A DNA stretch of 64,000 nucleotides from an uncultured Faecalibacterium sp. (GCA_937907025.1 CALESJ010000035.1:5763-69762), one strand, 5' to 3'; shown: positions 33,680 through 43,422, numbered from the stretch's first letter. Made by a program: numbers and translations. Notes: generated by a model not told the origin, from the letters alone.

Positions 33680-34438
33680 TCAAAGGCGCATCTCGACTCC
33701 GTTTTCCCGCAGATACTGTTTCAAATCGTGAATATCCACCTGTTTTGTGTGGAAGATGGAGGCCGCCAGCCCGGCATCCACCGCCGGATGGTTGCGGAAC
33801 AGCTCCAGGAAATCTTCCTTGCAGCCGGCGCCGCCGGAAGCAATGATGGGCACGGCGCAGCGCCGGGCCACGGCGTCCAGCAGCTCCAGGTCGAAGCCGT
33901 TTTTCACGCCGTCGGTGTCGATGGAGTTTACCACCAGTTCCCCGGCGCCGTTGCGCACCCCCTGTTCCAGCCAGTCCAGGGCGTCGATGCCGGTGTTTTC
34001 CCGGCCGCCCTTGGCAAACAGGCGGAACTGCCCGTCCACCCGCTTGATGTCGGCCGAAAGCACCACGCACTGGTTGCCGTAGCGCTGGGCCGCCGCCGAG
34101 ATGATGGCCGGATTGCGGATGGCCCCCGAATTGACGCTGACCTTGTCGGCGCCGCATTTCAGCACCCGGTCAAAGTCTTCCAGGGTGGCAATGCCGCCGC
34201 CCACCGTCAGGGGAATGAAGATCTCCGAAGCCACCCGGCGCAGAATGTCGGTGAACAGGGTGCGGCCCTCCACACTGGCGGTGATGTCGTAGAACACCAG
34301 CTCATCCGCCCCGGCGGTGTTGTAAAAACGGGCCATTTCCACCGGGTCGGCCATGTCTTTCAGCCCTTCAAAGTTGACCCCCTTGACCACCCGGCCGTTT
34401 TTCACGTCCAGGCAGGGGATAATGCGTTTCGTGACCAT
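33680..34438 (-). CDS. hisF: Imidazole glycerol phosphate synthase, cyclase subunit
   Basis: 252 aa beginning MVTKRIIPCLDVKNGRVVKG. Confidence 0.95.
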   Translation of the reverse strand: MVTKRIIPCLDVKNGRVVKGVNFEGLKDMADPVEMARFYNTAGADELVFYDITASVEGRTLFTDILRRVASEIFIPLTVGGGIATLEDFDRVLKCGADKVSVNSGAIRNPAIISAAAQRYGNQCVVLSADIKRVDGQFRLFAKGGRENTGIDALDWLEQGVRNGAGELVVNSIDTDGVKNGFDLELLDAVARRCAVPIIASGGAGCKEDFLELFRNHPAVDAGLAASIFHTKQVDIHDLKQYLRENGVEMRL

Positions 34439-34453
34439 GATGTACCACCCCTT

Positions 34454-35170
34454 TCAGCCTTCAAAGCGGCGCACGGCCTCGGCCAGGTCGATGGCGCCGG
34501 TGTAGATGGATTTGCCCAGAATGGCTGCATGGCAGCCCATATCCCGCAGTTCGGCCAGTTCTTCCATGCGGGCGATGCCGCCGGAAGCGGTGATCTCCAC
34601 CCCGGGAATGGTCAGCAGGTCCCGGTACAGCTGCATGTTGGTGCCCTGCATGGTGCCGTCCCGGGAGATGTCGGTGACAATGAGAGCTTTTACCCCGGCA
34701 TCGGCACAGCGGCGGCAGAAATCCAGTCCCGGTTCGGGGGTCAGTTCCTTCCAGCCGCTCACGGCCACATAGCCGTCTTTCATGTCCACGCCCACCACGA
34801 TTTTGTCGCCGTAGGTGCGGGCCATGCGGGCGGTGAATTCAAAATCCCGCACCGCGATGGTGCCCAGGATGCAGCGACCCACGCCGAGAGCCAGGTAGTC
34901 CTCGATGCGCTGCTGGTCCCGGATACCGCCGCCCACCTCCACAAACAGGTCCCCGGCGGCAGTGATGTTGCGTATGGTGGCAAAGTTCACGGCCAGGCCG
35001 TCCTTGGCCCCGTCCAGGTCCACCACATGCAGGTATTTGGCTCCGGCCGCCGCAAAGGCTTTGACCTGGTCCACCGGGTCAGGGTTGTAGACGGTCATCT
35101 GGTCGTAATCGCCCTGGTACAGCCGCACGGCCTGACCGCCGCGCAGGTCAATGGCAGGATACAGTTTCAT
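34454..35170 (-). CDS. hisA: ProFAR isomerase
   Basis: 238 aa beginning MKLYPAIDLRGGQAVRLYQGDY. Confidence 0.95.
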   Translation of the reverse strand: MKLYPAIDLRGGQAVRLYQGDYDQMTVYNPDPVDQVKAFAAAGAKYLHVVDLDGAKDGLAVNFATIRNITAAGDLFVEVGGGIRDQQRIEDYLALGVGRCILGTIAVRDFEFTARMARTYGDKIVVGVDMKDGYVAVSGWKELTPEPGLDFCRRCADAGVKALIVTDISRDGTMQGTNMQLYRDLLTIPGVEITASGGIARMEELAELRDMGCHAAILGKSIYTGAIDLAEAVRRFEG

Positions 35171-35182
35171 ACCGCGCCCTCC

Positions 35183-35800
35183 TTACAGTTCAGCGAAGGC
35201 CCGCAGAATCCGCAGGCCGGCATCGCCGGATTTTTCGGGGTGGAACTGGGTGCCGTACACCAGCCCCGCCCGTACCGCCCCGGTCACCGGGATGCTGTAT
35301 TCGCTGGTGGCCAGGGTGTTGGGGTTGCAGTCCTTGGCGTAGTAGCTGTGCACATAGTACACATACTCGCCGTTTTTACTGTACTTGAACAGCGGGTCGC
35401 GCTCTCCCGCGGGGGTCAGGTCCAGGGCGTTCCAACCGATGTGAGGCACCTTCAGGGACGGGTCTTTCAGGTCCTCGGCCAGGGGACACACCTGCCCGGG
35501 CACCAGGCCCAGACCCTCGTGTCCTCCGTATTCGTAGCTTTTTTCAAACAACAGCTGCATGCCCAGGCAGATGCCCAGCAGCGGGGTGTGCCGGGTTTCT
35601 TCCCGCAAGACAGGCACCAGGCCGGTGGCCTGCAGTTTGGCGGCGGCGTCCGCAAAGGCGCCCACCCCGGGCAGCAGGATGTGGGTGGCCTGGCGCAGGT
35701 CTTCGGCTTCATGGGTCACCCGGACCTCGGCCCCCAGGCTTTTCACGCTGGAAGCCAGGCTGAACAGGTTGCCCACCCCGTAATCCACAATGGCGATCAT
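35183..35800 (-). CDS. hisH: Imidazole glycerol phosphate synthase, glutaminase subunit
   Basis: 205 aa beginning MIAIVDYGVGNLFS, with LGICLGMQLL as the catalytic Cys region. Confidence 0.95.
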   Translation of the reverse strand: MIAIVDYGVGNLFSLASSVKSLGAEVRVTHEAEDLRQATHILLPGVGAFADAAAKLQATGLVPVLREETRHTPLLGICLGMQLLFEKSYEYGGHEGLGLVPGQVCPLAEDLKDPSLKVPHIGWNALDLTPAGERDPLFKYSKNGEYVYYVHSYYAKDCNPNTLATSEYSIPVTGAVRAGLVYGTQFHPEKSGDAGLRILRAFAEL

Positions 35801-35821
35801 GTGTTCCCCTCCTTTGTCATT

Positions 35822-36883
35822 TCAGCGCAGAATATTATCCAGCTCGAGCAGGAACCGCTGCATCTGTTCCGGCGTGCCGATGGTGATGCGCAGCCAGCTG
35901 TCGATGCGCGGAGCCGAGAAATACCGGATGAGCACTCCGCGCTCCCGCAAAGCTTTAAAAATCTCCTTGGCCGGTTTGCCGGCGGGTCTGGCAAACAGAA
36001 AGTTGGTGGCCGAATCCAGCACGGTGAATCCCCGCTGCCGCAAAGCGTCGGCGGTTTCCTGCCGGGTGCGGCAGATTTTGGCCACCGTGTCCCGGAAATA
36101 GGCGTCGTCCCGCATGGCGGCGGCGCCGGCGGCCTGGTTCAGCGAGCTGATGTTGTAGGGACTGTAACTGAACTTGATGCGGTTCATATCCGCAATCAGG
36201 GCGGGCTGTGCCGCACAGAAGCCCAGCCGGGCCCCGGCCAGGCTGCGGGATTTGGAGAAGGTGCGCACCACGATCAGGTTGTCGTACTTGGGCACCAGGG
36301 GTAGGCAGGAAGCGCCTTCCCCCGCAAAATCCACATAGGCCTCGTCCACAATGACGATGTGGTCGGGGTTGCGCCGCACCACTTCCTCAATGGCCGCTAC
36401 CGGGGCCAGCAGGCTGGTGGGGGCGTTGGGGTTGGCAATGACGATGGTTTCATGCAGCCCATAATAGGCGGTCAGGTCCAGGGTGAAGTCTTCCCGCACC
36501 GGCAGGATGTGGGTGGGCACCCCCATGAGCTGGCAGAGAACGGGATAAAAGCTGTAAGTAATGTCCGCAAAGGCCAGGGGCGTCTGTTCATCGCAGAAAG
36601 CCCGGATGGCCAGCAGCAGGTTTTCATCGCTGCCGTTGCCGCACAGGATGTGGTCGGCGGGCAGGCCCACCTGTTCCGCGATGGCGGCGCAAAGGTCGGC
36701 TTCGGTCAGGTCGCAGTACAGCCGCAGCCCGGTCACGGCCCCCGCCACCGCATCAGCCACGGAGGGGGAGGGGGGATAGGGGTTCTCGTTGGCATTGAGC
36801 TTGACCAGATCGGGCATCTTGCGCTGCTCGCCGGGAGTGTAGGGCTCCAGCGCAGCCAGCGTGGAAGTGAAATACCGGCTCAT
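35822..36883 (-). CDS. hisC: Histidinol-phosphate aminotransferase
   Basis: 353 aa, class-II aminotransferase. FSKSRSLAG carries the PLP Lys. Confidence 0.9.
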   Translation of the reverse strand: MSRYFTSTLAALEPYTPGEQRKMPDLVKLNANENPYPPSPSVADAVAGAVTGLRLYCDLTEADLCAAIAEQVGLPADHILCGNGSDENLLLAIRAFCDEQTPLAFADITYSFYPVLCQLMGVPTHILPVREDFTLDLTAYYGLHETIVIANPNAPTSLLAPVAAIEEVVRRNPDHIVIVDEAYVDFAGEGASCLPLVPKYDNLIVVRTFSKSRSLAGARLGFCAAQPALIADMNRIKFSYSPYNISSLNQAAGAAAMRDDAYFRDTVAKICRTRQETADALRQRGFTVLDSATNFLFARPAGKPAKEIFKALRERGVLIRYFSAPRIDSWLRITIGTPEQMQRFLLELDNILR

Positions 36884-38166
36884 TGTTCCGCCTCCTCATA
36901 GCGGATGGTCACGCTCTTGGCGTGGGCGTGCAGGCCCTCCCGCTCGGCAAAGTCGGCAATGCGGTCTTTCACGTCCGCCAGGGCGTCCCGGGTGTAGTAC
37001 AGGAAGCTGGACTTCTTGACGAAATCGTCCACGCTCAAAGGGCTGGAGAACCGGGCGGTGCCGGAGGTAGGCAGGGTGTGGTTGGGCCCGGCAAAGTAGT
37101 CACCCAACGCTTCGGGCACGTTGCGGCCCATAAAGATGCTGCCCGCATTGCGGATCTGGCCCAGCAGGGCGAAGGGGTCCTCCACACACAGTTCCAGGTG
37201 TTCGGGGGCAATCAGGTTGGCGGCTTCCACCGCCTTGGTCAGGTCGTCGGTGACAATGATCTTGCCGTTGGTGTCGATGCTCTCCCGGGCGATGGCGGCG
37301 CGGGGCAGCTGGGGAATCTGCACTTCCAGCTCCGCCTGTACCGCTTTGGCCAGGTCCATGCTGTCGGTGACCAGCACGGCGGTGGCCAGCTTGTCGTGCT
37401 CGGCCTGGCTCAGCAGGTCCGCCGCCACCCACACGGGGTTGCAGCCGCCGTCGGCCAGCACCAGGATCTCCGAAGGCCCGGCGATCATGTCGATGCCCAC
37501 CTTGCCGAAGACCTTGCGCTTGGCGGTGGCCACATAGATGTTGCCCGGGCCCACGATCTTGTCCACGGCGGGCACGCTCTCGGTGCCGTAGGCCAGGGCC
37601 GCCACGGCCTGGGCGCCGCCGGACTTGACGATCTTGTCAATGCCCGCCACCGCCGCCGCGGCCAGGATGTTGGGGTTCACCTTGCCGTCCTTGCCGGCGG
37701 GGGTGGTCATGACGATCTCGCGCACCCCGGCCACCTTGGCGGGGATCACGTCCATCAATACGGTGGAAGGGTAGGCCGCCGTGCCGCCCGGCACATAGAC
37801 GCCGGCCTTTTCAATGGGGGTGTATTTCTGCCCCAGCACCACGCCGGGGGTATCGTTGATCACAAAGTCCTTGTGGACCTGGTGCTCGTGGAAGGCCCGG
37901 ATGTTGGCAGCGGCCATGCGCAGGGTGGTCAGAAAGTCCTCGCCCACAGCGGCAAAGGCTTCGTCGATCTCCTCCTTGGTCACCAGCAGGCTGTCCAGGT
38001 CGGCACCGTCAAATTTTTTTGCGTAGTCCCGCAGAGCTTCGTCCCCACGGGCGCGAACGTCGGCAATAATGCCGTCCACCACGGCTTCCACATCGGCTTC
38101 CGCCCGGATGTCCCGGTTCAGAATCTCCTCCGGCCGCACGGCGTCAAAAGAAAGAATACGGATCAT
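36880..38166 (-). CDS. hisD: Histidinol dehydrogenase
   Basis: 428 aa containing AGPSEILVLAD and QAEHD. Confidence 0.95.
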   Translation of the reverse strand: MIRILSFDAVRPEEILNRDIRAEADVEAVVDGIIADVRARGDEALRDYAKKFDGADLDSLLVTKEEIDEAFAAVGEDFLTTLRMAAANIRAFHEHQVHKDFVINDTPGVVLGQKYTPIEKAGVYVPGGTAAYPSTVLMDVIPAKVAGVREIVMTTPAGKDGKVNPNILAAAAVAGIDKIVKSGGAQAVAALAYGTESVPAVDKIVGPGNIYVATAKRKVFGKVGIDMIAGPSEILVLADGGCNPVWVAADLLSQAEHDKLATAVLVTDSMDLAKAVQAELEVQIPQLPRAAIARESIDTNGKIIVTDDLTKAVEAANLIAPEHLELCVEDPFALLGQIRNAGSIFMGRNVPEALGDYFAGPNHTLPTSGTARFSSPLSVDDFVKKSSFLYYTRDALADVKDRIADFAEREGLHAHAKSVTIRYEEAEQ

Positions 38167-39731
38167 ACTTTCAGTGCCTCCTTCATTTTGGCCAGCAGCT
38201 CGGTCAGCTGGCGATACTTGAACTGGTAACTGGCGCGGTTGGCAATGAACCGCGCGCTGATGGGCATGAACTCCTCCAGCACAGCCAGATTGTTCTCCCG
38301 CAAAGTGGTGCCGGTTTCCACAATGTCCACGATCACATCGGACAGCCCCAGGATGGGGGCCAGCTCGATGGAGCCGTTGAGCTTGATGATGTCGATGTCC
38401 CGGCCCAGGGCTTCGTAATGGGCCCGGGCAATGGAAACGAACTTGGTGGCCACCCGCAGTGCCCGGCTTTCATCATCCACAAAATCCTTGGGACCGGCCA
38501 CGCACATCCGGCATTTGCCCATGCCGGTGTCCATGAGCTCGTACACATCGGCACCGGATTCGGTCAGGATATCCTTGCCCACAATGCCGATGTCCGCCGC
38601 GCCGTGTTCCACATAGATGGCCACGTCGCTGGGCTTGACCAGGAAGTACCGCACCTTGGCCTCGGGGTTCTCCACCACCAGCTTGCGGGTTTCGTTGTAA
38701 TCCTCTGCGCAGCCGTACCCGGCCTTGGCCAGCAGGCCGTAGGCCTTGTCACCCAGGCGGCCCTTGGGCAGGGCGATGTTCAGCCAGGTATCCGGTTCCG
38801 CTTCGGCGCTGGGGGTCAGCCGTTCCAGCTCATCCAGATACAGGGCAAATCCCAGAGCGCAGGCGCCAGGGGTGAAGCGCCGGGCCAGCAGGTCATACCG
38901 GCCGCCTTTCAGCACCGCACGGGCAGCCCCGGCGGCGTACCCGGTGAAGACCAGGCCGTTGTAATATTCCATATCCCCGGCCAGGCTCAGGTCCAGCCGC
39001 ACGGTGTCGGCGGCATCCCCCAGCCCGGCATACAGGGCCTCCAGCTCGTCCAGGGCGGCGCTCTGGGCATCGCTGCGGCAGCGGGTGCGGGCTTCGGCCA
39101 GAGCGGTCTGGAAGGGGCCGTGCAGGCTCAGCAGGGCACACAGGGCGTCGGCGCCCTCCTCGTCCAGCCCGGCGGAAAGGGCGGCCTGACGCAGTTCGTG
39201 GGCGTTTTTGTCCCGCAGCAGTTCCAGCAGCCGGGGCCGGGCGGCGGCATCCACCCCCAGGGCGTCCAGCAGCCCGGTCAGGTAGCCCATGTGGCTCACT
39301 TCCAGGAAAGTCCGGGTGCCCAGGCTGGCCAGACTGTCCACAGCCAGCCGCACCACTTCGGCCTGGCGGTCGGCGTCCACCGCGCCGATGCACTCCAGCC
39401 CCATCTGGCTGATCTCCGCAAAGGTGTGGCTTTCCCGGCTGGGACGGCAGACCTGCTCGGTGTAGTAGTAACGCTTGCACTCGCCGGGGGCGGGCTGGGC
39501 GTTCTTGGCGATGGAAAGGGTCACGTCCGGGCGGATGGCCCGCAGCTTGCCATCCAGATCGGTGAAGGTAATGACCTGAGCGTCCGGCAGAAACTTCTGG
39601 TTCTGCTGGTACAGGGAATACTCCTCAAACCGGGCGCAGCGGAATTTGCGGTACCCGGCCTGTTCATACAGCGCCCGCAGCTGCAGGGTGCAGCGTTCGG
39701 CGGGGGAAAAACGAGTCAAATCCAGTTCCAT
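38163..39731 (-). CDS. hisG: Fused HisZ-like regulatory domain and short-form ATP phosphoribosyltransferase HisG
   Basis: The N-terminal ~310 aa are class-II aaRS-like HisZ (RPDVTLSIAKN). The C-terminal ~210 aa are HisG (LNIALPKGRL..). The ATG at 39731 is preferred over 39758 on the basis of the SD. Confidence 0.8.
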   Translation of the reverse strand: MELDLTRFSPAERCTLQLRALYEQAGYRKFRCARFEEYSLYQQNQKFLPDAQVITFTDLDGKLRAIRPDVTLSIAKNAQPAPGECKRYYYTEQVCRPSRESHTFAEISQMGLECIGAVDADRQAEVVRLAVDSLASLGTRTFLEVSHMGYLTGLLDALGVDAAARPRLLELLRDKNAHELRQAALSAGLDEEGADALCALLSLHGPFQTALAEARTRCRSDAQSAALDELEALYAGLGDAADTVRLDLSLAGDMEYYNGLVFTGYAAGAARAVLKGGRYDLLARRFTPGACALGFALYLDELERLTPSAEAEPDTWLNIALPKGRLGDKAYGLLAKAGYGCAEDYNETRKLVVENPEAKVRYFLVKPSDVAIYVEHGAADIGIVGKDILTESGADVYELMDTGMGKCRMCVAGPKDFVDDESRALRVATKFVSIARAHYEALGRDIDIIKLNGSIELAPILGLSDVIVDIVETGTTLRENNLAVLEEFMPISARFIANRASYQFKYRQLTELLAKMKEALKV

Positions 39732-39768
39732 AAAACGATACCTCACATACCCATACAAACATGGTCCT

Positions 39769-39797
39769 ATTATACTTTAGCACAGTAAAGTTGTAAA
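39769..39797 (-). promoter_or_regulatory. his operon promoter
   Basis: On the minus strand: TTTACA, a 17-nt spacer, then TATAAT. It lies about 35 nt upstream of the start, so there is no room for a T-box or attenuator. Confidence 0.6.
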
Positions 39798-39811
39798 GCG
39801 ATGACAAGGAA

Positions 39812-39873
39812 AGAAAAAACAAAAGCAGGCGCAGCTTTCCCGTTCGGTTCATGAACGGAAAAACGCGCCTGCT
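39812..39873 (-). terminator. Intrinsic terminator of the upstream small gene
   Basis: AGCAGGCGC pairs with GCGCCTGCT, with an inner CCGTTC/GAACGG stem. UUUGUUUUUU follows on the minus strand. Confidence 0.65.
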
Positions 39874-39897
39874 CATAAGGATCGCAGCTATTGAATA

Positions 39898-40251
39898 TCA
39901 GCCCTGGCAGCCCATCTCGTCCCAGTTGGCAAAATCTTCGGCCTTCGCAATGGCGGTGGGGTCAAGTTTGCCGTTCACAGTGGGAACGGGGTCGGTGTGG
40001 TCCTGCACGGGGTTGGGGTTGGGCGAGCTGTTGTCCGGCACCGGAATATACACCTCGGCGCTTGCGCTGGCCGGGGTCTTTTCGGTTTCAGGCGCGTCGG
40101 TTTCGGGCTCGGCGGCATCGTCATCAAATGCCTCCGGGCCCACAATATGCTCGTGCTCGCTGTCTTCGGTATAGCGCTGGGCCAGCAAAGTGGCGGCACA
40201 GCCCAGGGCCGCACCGGCCAGAACCGGCAGCAGGTGACGGAAAATTGCCAT
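39898..40251 (-). CDS. Membrane-anchored acidic, Pro-rich protein (117 aa)
   Basis: ATG at 40251 (MAIFRHLLPVLAGAALGCAATLLA) with its own promoter TTGTAT-17-TATACT. The rest of the protein is low-complexity acidic sequence. Confidence 0.55.
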   Translation of the reverse strand: MAIFRHLLPVLAGAALGCAATLLAQRYTEDSEHEHIVGPEAFDDDAAEPETDAPETEKTPASASAEVYIPVPDNSSPNPNPVQDHTDPVPTVNGKLDPTAIAKAEDFANWDEMGCQG

Positions 40252-40370
40252 ACGTTGTCCCTCTCTTCCCAGCGCCGGCGGCATGACCGGCGAATTTGTG
40301 GATAGTATACCACCATTTTTCCTGGAATACAAGTTTTTTTATGTCGCAAGCCCCGTGGCGGGCCGCCGTT

Positions 40371-41759
40371 TCAGCGGTAAAGCGCCGTTTCGGGCAGGTG
40401 CAGTTCCGCACAGCCGCCGCCTTCGGGGGCGTTTCGCAGGACAAGACGTCCCCCGTGGGCTTCGGCGGCCCGTCGGGCCATGTACAGCCCCATGCCCTGG
40501 TGCCCGTCGTGGCGGGCGGTGTCCCCGGTGTACAAAAGCCGCCCGGCCTTGTGCAGTGCTTCGGGGGAAAAGCCGGGGCCGCTGTCGGTCACTGCCAGCA
40601 CCAAGTCCCCGGATTCCAGGCGGGCTTCCAGCGTTACGGTGCCGCCCGGCGGGGCGAAGCGGACGGCGTTTTCCAGCAGATTTTCCACGGCCCGGGCCAT
40701 CCGGTCGGGCTGTATCCGCAGTTTGGCATGGTCGGGCAGGCCGTCCAGCAGCCGGAACTGCCGCCCGGCCGCCGTGCACAGCGCCTGCCCGGCAGTCCGG
40801 CGCCGGTTCAGAAAGTCCTTCGCCTCCACCACCGTCTTCGGTTCTGCCGCGGAGGGGCCGGGGGCAGCGGCTGTCCGCAGGTCGGCCAGATACCGGGCAG
40901 CGGTATCACAGCTGCGGCAGATGGCTGCCACACTTTCGGCGGTCTGGACCGGCAGGTCCTCCTCGGCCAGCAGGTCGGCGTGGCCGGCAATCACGGTCAG
41001 GGGCGTTTTCAGGTCGTGGCTCAGGGCGGAAATCTGCTCCGAGCGCTGCTGTTCGGCCTCCCATCGCTCCTGCAGACTCCGGGCCAGGTGTCCCCGCAGG
41101 GTCTGCATGGTGTCCAGGGCTTCGTCCAGCTCCCGGATGCGGGTGCGGCCGAAGTTTGTTTCTGAAAGGTCCCCCGCCGCCAGCCTGGTACAGGCATCCC
41201 GCAGCCGGGTGGTGCCGTCGGACAGGCGCCGGGCGGTGCGGCGGGTGTTCAGCCACACCAGAAACCCCAAAAGCACAGCCAACAGCAGCAGATAACAGGT
41301 CTGGAAGTCCGGCAGCCGCTGCCGCAGCCGCGGATTGGCGTAGGGGACCGAGTAGTCATATTGCAGCAGGCACACCGACCCGTCGGCCAGGGTGGCCGGG
41401 ATGTGGTACAGGGAATATCCCAGGTTGCCGGACCCGCCGAACCAGGCGTTCAGGGCCAGGTCCAGCTGCCGGTCGTTCATGTTGGTGGCCAGCACGGCCG
41501 GGGAACCGGGAGCAGGGAAGAGGACATACCGGCATAAGGGGTCCAGCTGGGAGGCATCGAAGGTGTCGGCGGTCATGGCGGGCAGCACTTCGTCCGCGGC
41601 CCGGCGGCTGACTTCGGCGGCGGTGGAGGCGGGCAGCAGAAACCCGGTGTTGAGCAGAATCCCGAACAGCAGCCACCACAGGAACAGCACCACACCGCCC
41701 AGGATGGCGGTGGAAAGCAGGTAGCACAGCAGCAGCCCCCGCAGACTGACGGATTTCAT
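40371..41759 (-). CDS. Sensor histidine kinase
   Basis: ATG at 41759 forms an ATGA overlap with the response regulator stop. Two TM helices. H-box SHDLKTPLT. The N/G boxes read DSGPGF and GMGLYMA. Confidence 0.9.
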   Translation of the reverse strand: MKSVSLRGLLLCYLLSTAILGGVVLFLWWLLFGILLNTGFLLPASTAAEVSRRAADEVLPAMTADTFDASQLDPLCRYVLFPAPGSPAVLATNMNDRQLDLALNAWFGGSGNLGYSLYHIPATLADGSVCLLQYDYSVPYANPRLRQRLPDFQTCYLLLLAVLLGFLVWLNTRRTARRLSDGTTRLRDACTRLAAGDLSETNFGRTRIRELDEALDTMQTLRGHLARSLQERWEAEQQRSEQISALSHDLKTPLTVIAGHADLLAEEDLPVQTAESVAAICRSCDTAARYLADLRTAAAPGPSAAEPKTVVEAKDFLNRRRTAGQALCTAAGRQFRLLDGLPDHAKLRIQPDRMARAVENLLENAVRFAPPGGTVTLEARLESGDLVLAVTDSGPGFSPEALHKAGRLLYTGDTARHDGHQGMGLYMARRAAEAHGGRLVLRNAPEGGGCAELHLPETALYR

Positions 41760-42442
41760 GGCGCTGCCTCCTTCCGCCACCGGTATCCGATGCCCCACAC
41801 CGTTTCGATGGGGTCGGCGTCGGGCACGGCGGCGCGCAGTTTGGCCCGGATGTTCTTGATGTGCTCGGTGACGGCCCGCTCGTCGGCGGTGCCGTCGTAG
41901 CCGAACACCGCCTCGTAGAGCTGTTCCTTGGAGAAGGTCCGCCCCGGATGCAGGGCCAGGTGTTCACAGATGGCGTATTCCGCCCGGGTCAGGCGCAGGG
42001 GCGTTTCCCCGGCGTACAGCAGCCGGGCGGCCATGTCCAGGGCAAAGGCACCCCGCAGCAGCCGGTCGGTGGGCTGGGGGCCTCGCTGCTGACGGCGCAG
42101 ATGGGCGTTTACTCGGGCCCGCAGTTCCGCCACCCCAAAAGGCTTGCGCAGGTAATCGTCCCCACCTGCGGCCAGCCCTTTCAGTACATCCTCCTCCCTG
42201 TCTTTGGCAGTCAGGAACAGGATGGGCGCCCCGGTCAGGCTGCGGATACGGCGGCACAGGGCCACGCCGTCCTCCCCGGGCATCATCACATCCAGCAGGA
42301 TGCAGTCTGCCCAGCGGCAGAGCGCGGCGTTCACCTCGGCGCCGGACCCGCAGGTGCGCACCCGGTGGCCGTCCCGCTGCAGGGCCGTCTGCAGCAGGAA
42401 ACGAATCTCCCGGTCATCGTCCACAGCCAGAATGTTTGCCAT
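41756..42442 (-). CDS. OmpR/PhoB-type response regulator
   Basis: ATG at 42442 (MANILAVDDD). Winged-helix C-terminus VWGIGYRW. Confidence 0.9.
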   Translation of the reverse strand: MANILAVDDDREIRFLLQTALQRDGHRVRTCGSGAEVNAALCRWADCILLDVMMPGEDGVALCRRIRSLTGAPILFLTAKDREEDVLKGLAAGGDDYLRKPFGVAELRARVNAHLRRQQRGPQPTDRLLRGAFALDMAARLLYAGETPLRLTRAEYAICEHLALHPGRTFSKEQLYEAVFGYDGTADERAVTEHIKNIRAKLRAAVPDADPIETVWGIGYRWRKEAAP

Positions 42443-43290
42443 TACGCGCCTCCCATCCACACGCATACCGCCCAGGACGCCGCGTACAGCAGATACACAT
42501 GGGCCGGATAAAACCAGTAGAAAAGCTGTTTGAGCCCGGCGCCCCGGCGGCCGTTATACAGGGCCATCAGGACCACCGCTGCTACACCGAACCATTCATA
42601 ATAGGTGGTGAACATCTGGGAAAAGGTGAACCCGGGCTGGCTGCGCACCGCCATCAGGACGGCAAAAAAGTCCATGCCGATGGTCCACACAGCCCACGCG
42701 GCCAGCTGCAACGGCCGTTTGTCCCGGAACAGGTAAAGAATCACACCGCCGATGAGGTACAGTGGGCCGCCGTCGGTGATGCACACCCAGGCGGGCAGTA
42801 CCGTACTGCCCAGCAGTACCATGGTTGTGGCCATCCCGGGCTGGGCGGCCAGCAGTACCACCGCAAACCCCCAGGCCACCGGGCCCAGGACGGCCAGCAG
42901 GCCCCGGGCAATCCGTCCCTGCCGCAGCCAGTCGATGCCCTGCCACACCACGCACAGGATGACGAAGTTCAAAAAGATGCCGTTCAGGGGATAGAACCCA
43001 TCAGGGCGGCGCAGCACCCCCACATACAGCATGAGAAAGGTGAGCAGCCCCATCCCAGCGCCGATGCCCCACATGCGCAGGAAATAGCGTTTGCGGTCAT
43101 GGGTGTGGGCAAAGCCTTCCACGGTGCAGAACAGGAACAGCGGCGCCGAAAGCCGCCCCAGCATGGAGAACCACTCCGGTACCAGCCCGGTGAATTCAAA
43201 GAAATAGTGGATGTGGTCCAGCACCATCAGCGCCAGGGCGATGATTTTGAGGGCGGTGCCGTCCAAACCGCGCTTTTGTGTTGTCAGCAT
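42442..43290 (-). CDS. TraX-family membrane protein
   Basis: 282 aa. ALKIIALALMVLDHIHYFF is typical of TraX/acyltransferase-3-like proteins. It is the first gene of the operon with the two-component system. Confidence 0.75.
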   Translation of the reverse strand: MLTTQKRGLDGTALKIIALALMVLDHIHYFFEFTGLVPEWFSMLGRLSAPLFLFCTVEGFAHTHDRKRYFLRMWGIGAGMGLLTFLMLYVGVLRRPDGFYPLNGIFLNFVILCVVWQGIDWLRQGRIARGLLAVLGPVAWGFAVVLLAAQPGMATTMVLLGSTVLPAWVCITDGGPLYLIGGVILYLFRDKRPLQLAAWAVWTIGMDFFAVLMAVRSQPGFTFSQMFTTYYEWFGVAAVVLMALYNGRRGAGLKQLFYWFYPAHVYLLYAASWAVCVWMGGA

Positions 43291-43375
43291 GGGGAAAAAC
43301 CTCTCTTTTCTTTCAGGATACCGGTATGCTAACAGCCGTTTGTGTAGAAAGTATCAGGAAATGCCGTGCAATCCT

Positions 43376-43407
43376 ATAAAAAATGGCCCCCGGCGGTTCC
43401 GGGAGCC
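43376..43407 (-). terminator. Intrinsic terminator
   Basis: On the minus strand: GGCTCCCGG-AACCG-CCGGGGGCC, then A and UUUUUU. Confidence 0.65.
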
Positions 43408-43422
43408 AACAGAGGCAAAGAC

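Noticed and set aside
33662-36304. An 880-aa plus-strand ORF, together with other long plus-strand ORFs across the his operon (36883..38229 and 38418..39788).
   Set aside because: They are antisense to hisF/A/H/C/D/ZG, all of which have unambiguous signatures. These are shadow ORFs of high-GC DNA.
40283-41611. A 442-aa Arg/Pro/Gly-rich plus-strand ORF.
   Set aside because: It is antisense to the histidine kinase. Its extreme R/P/G/A composition is characteristic of an out-of-frame reading of GC-rich coding DNA.
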